DNA from: a virus
DNA: 64,000 bases
Reading direction: 5' to 3' (one strand)
IMG/VR virus record: IMGVR_UViG_3300021404_000006
Location: 54,923-118,922 of that record
Position 1 is the stretch's first letter. Every line of letters starts with the position of its first letter. Positions 54,549-62,893 of the stretch are shown piece after piece. Both the position numbers and the translations under genes were made by a program. The notes under the pieces were generated by a model. It did no database searches and was not told the origin of the DNA. It saw only the letters and a list, made by a program, of their open reading frames with translations.

Positions 54549-54788
54549 TCAATGCATATCCCCCCTAGGCTTGAAGGTCCATTCGAGTACGCGGTCCCAT
54601 GCGCAAGCGAACCTAGGACCGCCGGCGTAGCCATTGAACCGGCTAACGAAATACCGGAGTTCACCGCTGGGCATGGTTACGGCAGTAAAGGAATACTGCT
54701 TACCCTGAATTACCCGCCGCCATATGCGGCTTTCGCCGTGGTTCGGGTCTTCGGGTATGTCGCGGAATATCTGACCGCGTTCGCTCAT
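54549..54788 (-). CDS. hypothetical protein
   Basis: ATGA coupling. Confidence 0.55.
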   Translation of the reverse strand: MSERGQIFRDIPEDPNHGESRIWRRVIQGKQYSFTAVTMPSGELRYFVSRFNGYAGGPRFACAWDRVLEWTFKPRGDMH

Positions 54789-55162
54789 AGCTGATACCAT
54801 TCCTTGCTGACGGGATTCCAGTAGTGGATCTCGGTAGCGCCGGCGTTGGGCCTGCCGAAGTCGTCTAGCGGCTCGAATAGCTCTTGACTGCCGTATTCAG
54901 CGGCTTCCCCGGTACGAATACCGGAATAGTACAGTTCGCCGTCGTCATCGTAGATTTTGAACCACTGGCAAGGCGTACCCTGCCACTTGTCTTTACCGGC
55001 ATTAGCGGCGCGGTGCAGGATACCGAGGAGATCCTGGGACGCGTCACGCGGTCCCGTTAGCCCCCTCGCATTGCAGAGTGAGCCTAGCGGGTACTCTGGG
55101 TCTGCGATCGAGTCGTGCGTGATAAGCCATGCGTACGGAGCGGTCATTGCTGGATAAACCAT
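54785..55162 (-). CDS. hypothetical protein
   Basis: FKIYDDDGELYYSG...PLDDFG.PNAGAT.I.Y. Confidence 0.7.
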   Translation of the reverse strand: MVYPAMTAPYAWLITHDSIADPEYPLGSLCNARGLTGPRDASQDLLGILHRAANAGKDKWQGTPCQWFKIYDDDGELYYSGIRTGEAAEYGSQELFEPLDDFGRPNAGATEIHYWNPVSKEWYQL

Positions 55163-55324
55163 CCTATCTCGTCGCTATTGCCTAGCAGGTGGCCATTACC
55201 TAGCGGTGCGTACGTACCTCCGTCAGCGGCCACGTACAGAGCGTTTAGGCGGTCTGTGTCTGACAGATCCGGGTAGTTTTCGCGAAGGTGCCTGATAATC
55301 AGGGATAGGGTCATCGCTAATTCC

Positions 55325-55549
55325 CTACAGGATCGGGCTGGGATTAGGGATCGGGTCCTTGGAGTTCTCTTCCATCCACTGGATTTGATCCACGACCTTA
55401 AAGGCTATGGTCTCTTTACCTACGTTCGGGAAGAGCATTGCGTAGTGCAGAGGATAGGTAGCCATTAGCTGGCCCCTCTGCTCTTGTGTCATGTTGCGGA
55501 GAAAGAAACGGAGTAGTTCATCTTTCTCTGGCGGATTGATGTGGCGCAT
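55325..55549 (-). CDS. hypothetical protein, MTxEQRxxLM family (paralog 1)
   Basis: NMTQEQRGQLMATYPLHYAMLFPNV; paralog at 59850. Confidence 0.65.
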   Translation of the reverse strand: MRHINPPEKDELLRFFLRNMTQEQRGQLMATYPLHYAMLFPNVGKETIAFKVVDQIQWMEENSKDPIPNPSPIL

Positions 55550-55560
55550 TGGTTACCCTC

Positions 55561-55830
55561 CTAGAAAGGCGGTGCGAATTGCTTTGCGCGCTGTGCCGCG
55601 AAGGTTTCGTCAATGTGATGGATGATACCGCCGAAGTAGTGCGTGGAGGCGATTATTTGCAGCATGTAGGCGATGCGGTGCGCATCATTGGGATCGTCTC
55701 CGTAGATAGCGCCGATTTGCTCGCACAGCATGATTACCTCTTTGTAATCGCTGCTGTTGTATGCGGCCAGCATCTTTTCTGAAAGAATGTTAACGCTATC
55801 GATAGCGGCTCGGTATTCTGATAGCTCCAT
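55561..55830 (-). CDS. hypothetical protein
   Basis: 89-aa ORF. Confidence 0.6.
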   Translation of the reverse strand: MELSEYRAAIDSVNILSEKMLAAYNSSDYKEVIMLCEQIGAIYGDDPNDAHRIAYMLQIIASTHYFGGIIHHIDETFAAQRAKQFAPPF

Positions 55831-55832
55831 GG

Positions 55833-56018
55833 CTACTCGCTTTCGTCGCTGTGGTTGTACTCGTTGGGGCATCGGCCGGCTGGCGCGGGAGTGAACAGCG
55901 TAGAGATAGAGTCGTCCCACCTAAAGCCGCACGCGCCACACTCGGCTACGTCGTTGGGGTCTGTGTCTGGCGTAGCGGCTACCTTAGCGAGCATGGCCGC
56001 GTATGCTTCTGGCGTCAT
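55833..56018 (-). CDS. small Zn-binding protein
   Basis: CGACG..WDD...TPAPAGRCP.EY.H. Confidence 0.65.
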   Translation of the reverse strand: MTPEAYAAMLAKVAATPDTDPNDVAECGACGFRWDDSISTLFTPAPAGRCPNEYNHSDESE

Positions 56019-56203
56019 GCGTTGCTCTCCGGTTCGTGCTTACGGTTAGCGTAGGAAAGATCGCACACGTCATAATCGAGTGAATCCACCCATATGCCGG
56101 CGGGTGACGGGCTGATTACCTTACGGCAGTGCTTGCAGCGCTCATGCGCGACGATAGGCGGTTTCCCTGCCTGCCTTGCGCGTAGCATCTCGATGGGAGT
56201 CAT
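56015..56203 (-). CDS. small Zn-binding protein
   Basis: CKHC...W...C...HEP. Confidence 0.6.
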   Translation of the reverse strand: MTPIEMLRARQAGKPPIVAHERCKHCRKVISPSPAGIWVDSLDYDVCDLSYANRKHEPESNA

Positions 56204-56400
56204 TCGTTGTCCTCTGACATGGCGTAGGCCTCTGCGCGCTCATGCGCTATCTGTGAGGCGATGCGGCGGGTAGTGCGGTCTGCGGACAGTGAAAGCGCGT
56301 AGATCTCTGCGTCGCCCATTCTCTTGATTTGCCGGGCGATGTGCCGGACAGTGGCGGAGTCGATTTGCTTGGCAGTGTTGACTCGTCGCGGCTTAGCCAT
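56200..56400 (-). CDS. hypothetical protein
   Basis: Coupled ORF. Confidence 0.6.
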   Translation of the reverse strand: MAKPRRVNTAKQIDSATVRHIARQIKRMGDAEIYALSLSADRTTRRIASQIAHERAEAYAMSEDNE

Positions 56401-56405
56401 TTCGC

Positions 56406-56774
56406 TTACTCTCCGTAGTAATAGGTTGTGCCTAGGAATTCGACGGATGAAAAATCGGTTTGCAGGTCACTGGCGTACTGGTCATAGTCGAAGTAAGAAG
56501 CGATGCCGGTTTTGTCCAGGTCCCATTTGTCGTTAGCATCATCGCCGGCGTACTTTTTCCAGTGGTCATCTGAGATCATGGCCCCGAATTCGTCGCCAAT
56601 GGCTTCTACCAGTTGACGGAGCGCCTTTAGCTCTTCGATTTCATCGGCCCAGAGTTCGCGGTCGGATTCTGACATGTCGTCATCGTCTAGGAATGCGAGG
56701 TAATCGATGCGGTCTGTTACCTGGCTATCGCTGATAATGTTTTCGTCGCGTAGGCTGTCGCGGTCGGTTGTCAT
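56406..56774 (-). CDS. acidic ArdA-like antirestriction / DNA-mimic protein
   Basis: Very acidic; SYFDYDQYASDLQTDF...GTTYYY resembles the ArdA C-terminal YxDYExxARD motif. Confidence 0.6.
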   Translation of the reverse strand: MTTDRDSLRDENIISDSQVTDRIDYLAFLDDDDMSESDRELWADEIEELKALRQLVEAIGDEFGAMISDDHWKKYAGDDANDKWDLDKTGIASYFDYDQYASDLQTDFSSVEFLGTTYYYGE

Positions 56775-56850
56775 TTACCCTACTCGCTTTCGTTGTTTTA
56801 CTTGCCCCTGGTTACGCTGCATCTAGCGTCGCGTATTGGTCGGGGACGGT

Positions 56851-57204
56851 TTACGGGTGATTGGGGGTCCGGTAGGTGTTGTTGTCGGCGGTGGTCCTGC
56901 TGTCGTCCTCGCCCATGGCGTACATGACCCAGGACGGCGCGTTGTCCTGCCCTAGGATGGCGTCTACAGGCTCAAAGCGGGGACCATCGGGAGTGTCGCG
57001 GACAGTGCCAATGAGCACGTCTCGCCCGCTGGCGTGGCTTCCGTAGGTCATGTAGATCTCGAATGAGTCGCGCTCTCCGGCGATGGGCACAAGGCGAACG
57101 CCTGCGTTCCAGCCGCGAAGGTGCACGGGTCCGGCACTGCCGCGTCCCCCGATGCCTACCTCATTGCCTCGCCCGTTGGTGGCGGTTGTGTAGAAGCGTG
57201 CCAT
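56851..57204 (-). CDS. hypothetical protein
   Basis: MARFY...HLRGWNAGVR...FEIYMTYGS. Confidence 0.7.
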   Translation of the reverse strand: MARFYTTATNGRGNEVGIGGRGSAGPVHLRGWNAGVRLVPIAGERDSFEIYMTYGSHASGRDVLIGTVRDTPDGPRFEPVDAILGQDNAPSWVMYAMGEDDSRTTADNNTYRTPNHP

Positions 57205-57532
57205 GGTATTACCTTCCCATTTGGTTTAGGCGGATTATCTGGCCAGCAACAGCCCCGCATGTGAGCAATAGCTGTAGGCCATTTATCCACCACTGGTGAT
57301 ATATGCATTCCAGTGAAATGCAGACGACAGATATTGTCAGAATTGCGGCTACGTGCTGCCAGAAGATAGCCAAACTCCGATGGGTCATATCGCTTTTCTT
57401 TCGGCTAGCGGTTGTCCTGGTACGGGTCTGTGGCTTCGATGTATTCGGTATCGGTCATACCGTCGCGTAGAGCAGAATCCAGGTCATAGGCGGAGTCGGT
57501 TAGGTAGCGCTGGTAGGCGGCGGACATGAGCG

Positions 57533-57811
57533 TCATACCAGCCGCAACCCTTGCAGGGCACGCGCGGGAGCCGATAGGCCGACATTCTGTCCGGTGGGGT
57601 CCTCCTGCACTATGAGATCCACGGCACGCCGGAAACTCGCTAGCCCGTACTTGTCTATGACTCCGCAGAGCAGGAATACCAAGTCGGTAGGGGTTAGCTG
57701 AATTTCTACCGTAGGCTTATCCTCCGCATCTATGTCATGCGCATTAATGGATAGTCCGTAGCGGTTTTCTGTGTCGTAAGACATTAGGTCTACGATGCGG
57801 TGTGTGGTCAT
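57533..57811 (-). CDS. hypothetical protein
   Basis: SD GAGGT. Confidence 0.6.
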   Translation of the reverse strand: MTTHRIVDLMSYDTENRYGLSINAHDIDAEDKPTVEIQLTPTDLVFLLCGVIDKYGLASFRRAVDLIVQEDPTGQNVGLSAPARALQGLRLV

Positions 57812-57815
57812 TGGC

Positions 57816-58097
57816 TTACCTCTTTGGATCGTGGCGGGGAGCGTTTACCTCACGTGAGGTGTGCTTGACGGCTGCGAACCGGCCATCACTGCTAAAGGTC
57901 CATACGCTGTGGTGGTCGCCTTGGACGGTCACAGTCTGGCCGGTAACGCGGTCATACCGCGTCCAAGGCCCTAGTTCCATGCGCTTAATCCACAGTCGGC
58001 CGTTGATATACATCTGGTGTGTGCGCGCCGGCCGGTATTGCGGGAAGTAGGGGCCATCGTAATCGTACTGGCGGCCATTCAGATCTTTACCCAGCAT
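57816..58097 (-). CDS. hypothetical protein
   Basis: Overlapping ORF. Confidence 0.55.
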   Translation of the reverse strand: MLGKDLNGRQYDYDGPYFPQYRPARTHQMYINGRLWIKRMELGPWTRYDRVTGQTVTVQGDHHSVWTFSSDGRFAAVKHTSREVNAPRHDPKR

Positions 58098-58455
58098 TTG
58101 AGTAACGCCTTCCGTAGCGGGATTCCGGGTTTGAGATGAAACTGGTCTTGCGTGCGAATTCAGCGGCTCTAACTCCGCCCATACCGCATTTCAGCAGGAC
58201 GTTAAGAGCGGTAGCGGCATTCTCGGCACGTTCGCGGACCTTCGCTAGCTGCTCTGCGGCTACGATTCGCTTGGCTTCTGCTAGGCTTACTCCGCTTTCG
58301 CACCAATGGCACATCCAGTCGATACCGCATCCGCCCACGTAGGTACCGTGCACGCAGAGGTCGCCATCGTAGTAACTCTGAGTCGGACGGTCGTCACGGT
58401 CGTCGCGGTCGTCCATATCGGACATGAGATCATCGTAAGAATAGAACTCGCTCAC
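58087..58455 (-). CDS. hypothetical protein with Zn-binding motif
   Basis: SD GGAGGT; CVHGTYVGGCGIDWMCHWCESG. Confidence 0.65.
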   Translation of the reverse strand: MSEFYSYDDLMSDMDDRDDRDDRPTQSYYDGDLCVHGTYVGGCGIDWMCHWCESGVSLAEAKRIVAAEQLAKVRERAENAATALNVLLKCGMGGVRAAEFARKTSFISNPESRYGRRYSNAG

Positions 58456-58459
58456 GGTT

Positions 58460-58648
58460 TTACCTCCGCCGGCGATTGTAAGAAAAGCGGGTAATTCCGC
58501 CATTGGCGGCCATTGTCTCGGTTATGAGAATGCGCATGGATTGCTTTGTGTCGGCTTTGAGGATTCCCCATGGGGTACGCGCATACCAGCGGATACCGCT
58601 GGAATTCATGTCAGCCCGAAATATGTCTATTCCCCTGTAAGTCCACAC
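58460..58648 (-). CDS. hypothetical protein
   Basis: WTYRGIDIF...NSSGIRWYA...LKADT. Confidence 0.65.
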   Translation of the reverse strand: MWTYRGIDIFRADMNSSGIRWYARTPWGILKADTKQSMRILITETMAANGGITRFSYNRRRR

Positions 58649-58651
58649 GGT

Positions 58652-58864
58652 TTACCTCTCGGTGGGGTTGCCGTAGTAATCGGTTTGCCCAGGTTGGTCT
58701 AGCAGAGCTTCAATTACCTCTTTGATGATGGCGCTGGCGTTGCTTGCGCTAGTGCGCGCGGACATAGGATTGGCGGTAACGTCTCGCTTGGCACTGATAA
58801 CGCATCGGTTAGCGCTATGCAGTTTCTCGGCCAGTGCTTTTGCGGTCGCGTTGTCGATTGGCAT
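58652..58864 (-). CDS. hypothetical protein
   Basis: SD GGAG. Confidence 0.6.
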   Translation of the reverse strand: MPIDNATAKALAEKLHSANRCVISAKRDVTANPMSARTSASNASAIIKEVIEALLDQPGQTDYYGNPTER

Positions 58865-58867
58865 TGA

Positions 58868-59110
58868 TCACTCCGCTAGTTCGGGGAATTCATCAGGCCA
58901 CGTCTCGCGGTAAACGACTGTCCCGTGATTGTTGATGCGCTCTTGCGTGACGGTCATGTACTTGTATGCGAAGACCATATTTTTCGGATGTGACCTGATG
59001 CGCAGTTCATCTAGAATGGCATCCCTAGCGCGCTTCTCACTGTCGCTATCGATTGGAACTGACGCGTGCCACACACCGTATCCGTCAGCCCACGTTACTA
59101 TCTGCTCCAT
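58868..59110 (-). CDS. hypothetical protein
   Basis: VTWADGYGVWHASV. Confidence 0.65.
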   Translation of the reverse strand: MEQIVTWADGYGVWHASVPIDSDSEKRARDAILDELRIRSHPKNMVFAYKYMTVTQERINNHGTVVYRETWPDEFPELAE

Positions 59111-59114
59111 TGTC

Positions 59115-59354
59115 CTACCTCACGGAGGTTAGTTCGTTTGTGATGGCGGATAGCTTCCACGGTAGGACGCGAAAGCCTTTACCAGGTACCGGCCACACGC
59201 GGTAATGATCGTTGCCGACACGCGTTGTCTTGACAGTGAAGCATTCTCCGTCTACCAGTCGCCGGCGGATAGTGTTTGATATGGCTACCTCACTCATATA
59301 TGTGCGTTCTCGCATGAGGGTAGCGAAGGTTGCCGGATACAGGAATACAGGCAT
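59115..59354 (-). CDS. hypothetical protein
   Basis: SD GGAGGT. Confidence 0.6.
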   Translation of the reverse strand: MPVFLYPATFATLMRERTYMSEVAISNTIRRRLVDGECFTVKTTRVGNDHYRVWPVPGKGFRVLPWKLSAITNELTSVR

Positions 59355-59569
59355 TTGCTTACCTCCGTCAATGGAGCGGTAGCGGGCTAGTCACAAGATC
59401 GCCCGTTACCAGGGTTTGCATGTCTACTGAGTGACCATGCCTGATATTGTGCCATGGCAGGATATGGTTCCTGCTTACACCCGTTAGGGTCATGGCCCGT
59501 TGCTTTACATGGTGGGCACCTCCATTGCCCAGACGATAAGCGATGCCGATTGGCGGCCGGATTGGTAGG

Positions 59570-59773
59570 TTACTCGAATTCATCCTTCCATAGCTCGGAA
59601 TCGGCTCGGTCAAGTCCGTCTAGAGACAAGCCTTCAAATTCTGCCACGTGGCCGCGACACAGATTCATGTCCGCATCGTCACTGTCCATTGGCTCGAATT
59701 CGCTGTTTTCGTCTGCGCACCATGCGCAATCGTTGCCGGCCGGAGTCTTATACCAGTCGTCTTTCATGCTCAC
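59570..59773 (-). CDS. small acidic Zn-binding protein
   Basis: CAWC...LCRGHVAEFEGLSLD. Confidence 0.65.
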   Translation of the reverse strand: MSMKDDWYKTPAGNDCAWCADENSEFEPMDSDDADMNLCRGHVAEFEGLSLDGLDRADSELWKDEFE

Positions 59774-59849
59774 GGGGTTACCCTCCGTTTACCTAAACCA
59801 GATGCGCGCAATGCGCTTGTTGACGGTCGGGGCGTCGCTAGGTGTGCTG

Positions 59850-60110
59850 TTAGGCTTGGGCGCTGGTTTGGGTCGCTGAATTTGGGTCTGGCCGGCCATA
59901 ACGGTACTCCGAATTCTGCTCGGTTAGAGCGTCGCTTACTACGGTTGTGATCGTTTCATGGCTCACGCTAGGGAAGGTTCGCGAGTAGAGCAGCGGTCGC
60001 TCCGACATTAGCAGCTTGCGCTGCTCCATGGTCATGTGCTGGATTAGCCACGCGGCTAGCTCCTCCGCATCGCCGATCCCCATGGATTTGCCGACAGAAT
60101 TGTAAAGCAC
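59850..60110 (-). CDS. hypothetical protein, MTxEQRxxLM family (paralog 2)
   Basis: HMTMEQRKLLMSERPLLYSRTFPSV. Confidence 0.65.
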   Translation of the reverse strand: MLYNSVGKSMGIGDAEELAAWLIQHMTMEQRKLLMSERPLLYSRTFPSVSHETITTVVSDALTEQNSEYRYGRPDPNSATQTSAQA

Positions 60111-60115
60111 GGTGG

Positions 60116-60370
60116 TTACTGCCTTTCGTCATGGTCTGCGATAAGCGCTAGCACGCCATCGCCTAGGGTGGTGAACTCGCCCGGTACGCGTGCTGATGAA
60201 CGCTCGGCTAGTGAACCGTGGGGCCGGAATGCTTCTATCCCGTTGGGTCCGGCGTTAACGGTTCCGATTATCTGGTTATGCCAGTCGGTAACCTCGCTTA
60301 CCGGGCGATCGTAGACAGAGACGGAATGGTCAGAGGTGGCTTTGCATCGGAGTAGGACAGATATATCCAT
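60116..60370 (-). CDS. hypothetical protein
   Basis: 84-aa ORF. Confidence 0.55.
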   Translation of the reverse strand: MDISVLLRCKATSDHSVSVYDRPVSEVTDWHNQIIGTVNAGPNGIEAFRPHGSLAERSSARVPGEFTTLGDGVLALIADHDERQ

Positions 60371-60380
60371 GGCCTTACCC

Positions 60381-60599
60381 TTAGAACGTGGTTTCCGTGA
60401 CCAGGGTTACCGGGAAGTCCTCCGGAGTGACGCGGGTTGAACCGATGGGCGCACCGTAAACGTCGCACGCCACGTAAGTAACCTCATGCCCGCATAGAAT
60501 GCGGTGCGACATGTCTTCGCGTTCGCTTACGCTGTTGTCGGTGGCGTAGATCCACATCCGTTGGAGCGCGACGGTAGCCTTTACGTGTTCGGTTTTCAC
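60381..60599 (-). CDS. hypothetical protein
   Basis: GTG after SD GGGGGA. Confidence 0.5.
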   Translation of the reverse strand: MKTEHVKATVALQRMWIYATDNSVSEREDMSHRILCGHEVTYVACDVYGAPIGSTRVTPEDFPVTLVTETTF

Positions 60600-60609
60600 A
60601 AGGTCCCCC

Positions 60610-60912
60610 CTAGTGAATTTCGTGCTTGTTGTCCAAGGCGGAATAGGTGACGGTCCAGTGACGGACGACAACTGCCTCATGTAGACCAGCGCGGTAATCA
60701 ACCATCGCTGTGTAGGGCATGCGTGGCTTGCGGGTACGGTCTAGGAACCTAACCAGGTCAGCGCCGGACATGTCCGAATACTGCTTTCGGTTCACGCGGC
60801 GTATGCTAGCCTCTATTGCTCGGCTATCTGGGTGTGATGTGTTCCAATGCGGTCTTGGAGAGACTACGGCCGGCGGTAGTGGCATGCGAGCATACTTGTT
60901 CTGAGTACCCAT
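60610..60912 (-). CDS. hypothetical protein
   Basis: SD GAGGT. Confidence 0.55.
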   Translation of the reverse strand: MGTQNKYARMPLPPAVVSPRPHWNTSHPDSRAIEASIRRVNRKQYSDMSGADLVRFLDRTRKPRMPYTAMVDYRAGLHEAVVVRHWTVTYSALDNKHEIH

Positions 60913-60915
60913 GGC

Positions 60916-61080
60916 TTACCTCTCGGTGGGCTTGGAGCAGACGTGATGCGTAATGCAGACGTGCACGCGGCACGTGGGGCAAGCTGCGAACGTGTGGCGT
61001 CCGTTCCTGCCATAGCTGCCTGTAGATGCTGCCAGGCGCGTGTGGAGCGCGCTGATTATGGCCGCGTAGTGCTCACCCAT
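60916..61080 (-). CDS. small Cys/His-rich protein (54 aa)
   Basis: SD AAGGA; CPTCRVHVCITHHVC. Confidence 0.45.
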   Translation of the reverse strand: MGEHYAAIISALHTRLAASTGSYGRNGRHTFAACPTCRVHVCITHHVCSKPTER

Positions 61081-61166
61081 GGCATGATCCTTTCAGAGAC
61101 TGCCCTAGTCACGTTGCATCCAGCATCACGCCTAAAGCTGGCGTTCGCTAGCGATACGGCCAGAAA

Positions 61167-61475
61167 CTAGCGGCAGTCTAGGACTAGGGCGTGGGCATCG
61201 GAGGGGGCATCGTACGTGTCGTGGTCGCGAACGTCCGTGTAGAGGACAACTACGTCCGTACCCAGCACGTGCCAGGGTGCCGCGATGCTGTCAGCCATGA
61301 GGGTATTGAGATGTGCGGCTGTTTTGCTGTGGTTCCAGGTAGCGAACGCTGCGCATGTCCTCGCGGTAGGTGAGAGGCCAGTCGCGTTCGCCGCGTTGCC
61401 CGCTAGGCTCGCGCCGGCGATGCCCGCGAAGGCTACGCCGGCAGCTAGCGCTGTGATCTTGAGTCGCGTGATCAT
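61167..61475 (-). CDS. secreted protein (signal peptide)
   Basis: MITRLKITALAAGVAFAGIAGASLAGNAANA; paired Cys. Confidence 0.7.
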   Translation of the reverse strand: MITRLKITALAAGVAFAGIAGASLAGNAANATGLSPTARTCAAFATWNHSKTAAHLNTLMADSIAAPWHVLGTDVVVLYTDVRDHDTYDAPSDAHALVLDCR

Positions 61476-61639
61476 GAGAAGTTCCATCCTCCGTCTGTCC
61501 GCGCGTCGCCAACGCTCCGCACGTACTCTACTAGTGACGCGACAGCATCGGATGCGTATCCGTCAATCTGTCGCTTGGTGGCTGTGTCTGCGTCGCGCTG
61601 TGTCCAGTTAAGGAAAATGAGCAGCTTGAATTCATCCAT
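61472..61639 (-). CDS. small hypothetical protein (55 aa), first gene of the leftward early run
   Basis: SD GGGGGT; MDEFKLLIFLNWTQRDAD...; ATGA overlap with the next gene. Confidence 0.55.
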   Translation of the reverse strand: MDEFKLLIFLNWTQRDADTATKRQIDGYASDAVASLVEYVRSVGDARTDGGWNFS

Positions 61640-61649
61640 CGTTATTACC

Positions 61650-62860
61650 CCCCGATTTGATTCTGATATTCCTGCTATTTCGGCTTTATCTCTGCGTGGC
61701 TGGTATTAGCGAACAATGGCTAATGACGATCAGTTTTCACACAAACGCGAATCTCACGCGTCACAGGTAGATTTGGCTGAAATAAGTAGTCAGCACTAGT
61801 TAGGGAATTATGTTTTCAACCTAACTAGTGCCTAGCGCGACTAGTGTCATCTGATGACTGGCCTAGCGCGCTCCACAGTGACTCGATTTAGGGATACTGC
61901 CCAGACAACTCGCGTTGCTGCGTATCCTGCTGTCGAATGTGCGGAGCGCGCTTACCCTAGCCGCAAATAGATGTGCAGACCATTTGTACGTTGCACATCG
62001 TTTTGCGATTGGATATGCCCTAGCCAGGGTTGCGAATCCCTGTTGTCCAGACTGCGAGTTTCACCAAAGGTGATGACTGGCCCTAACTAGGTGAAGCGTG
62101 GCTTACGTTCACAACTCGCGTTGATCGCTGCCAGCGTTCACAACCGCGATTGATCGTTAGGTAAAGCGGGTAATGGCTCACGTACACAATTCGCATTGAT
62201 CGCTGCCAGCGTTCACAACTGCGATTGATCGTGTGATGTAAAGCCGGAATGCCGTTTGGCTAGATTGTGCCAACCCCCTAGGCATTGGCGATCTAGTGAC
62301 GGAACACATTCCGTAGCGCTCTTAGCTTCACTCCTAAGCGAGCATTCATCCTATTCGTGCCTAACGGCATCATGGGTGTAATCGCTACGCGATTAAGTAG
62401 ATGAATTGTGCTTTATCACCCATTGCATTCCTAAGTGTGTGGAAGACACTTAGATATCGTCGCTAGCAGATTGTGCCCCAAGACCATCATGGCCGGCACT
62501 TGCGTCACTGTGTGACACGGTTACCTCGCTAGGTAAGTGGGAGTAACGCTCTTACGCGTTCCCTGCTAGTTTTCGTCTGTTTCTGAGTCTCGGATAACTG
62601 CCAACTGCCTACCATTTGATATTGCAGGCTACTTGTGTAGCGTGGCCCCTAGGGGGCTTTTCCTGCCTCAATCGTCTTACACTCGCGTGCAACACATCGG
62701 CTCAAATGTACCGGCTGGATTCGGTTGTCCTACTGCCCGTTACTGCCTCACTCGCCCGAGAGCGCCTAGCCATTTAGCACGTGCTAGGAACGTGGGGGAC
62801 GGTGCCGCGTGCGGGGAACGCATCCCCCGAACCTTGCTCCGTTCCGCTTTGCTGTTGTGA
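61650..62860 (-). ncRNA. candidate large (about 1.2 kb) structured non-coding RNA or leader
   Basis: No credible ORF; more than 15 hairpins, many GNRA-capped; long-range stems; G-U pairs favour the minus strand; promoter directly upstream. Confidence 0.6.
62099..62244 (-). repeat. tandem 75-bp duplication holding four CGAUCAA-N5-UUGUG(A/U)ACG hairpins
   Basis: Copies at 62106-62127, 62135-62156, 62181-62202 and 62210-62231. Confidence 0.85.
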
Positions 62861-62865
62861 TGGCT

Positions 62866-62893
62866 ACATTACGCTCTTTCCTAAATACGTCAA
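62866..62893 (-). promoter_or_regulatory. sigma70-type promoter driving the leftward transcript
   Basis: TTGACG-16 nt-TAATGT. Confidence 0.6.

Noticed and set aside
62660-62710. Group II intron domain V (GAGCCG...) within the large RNA
   Set aside because: The complementary AC-bulged ...GGUUC strand is missing and there is no RT/maturase ORF.
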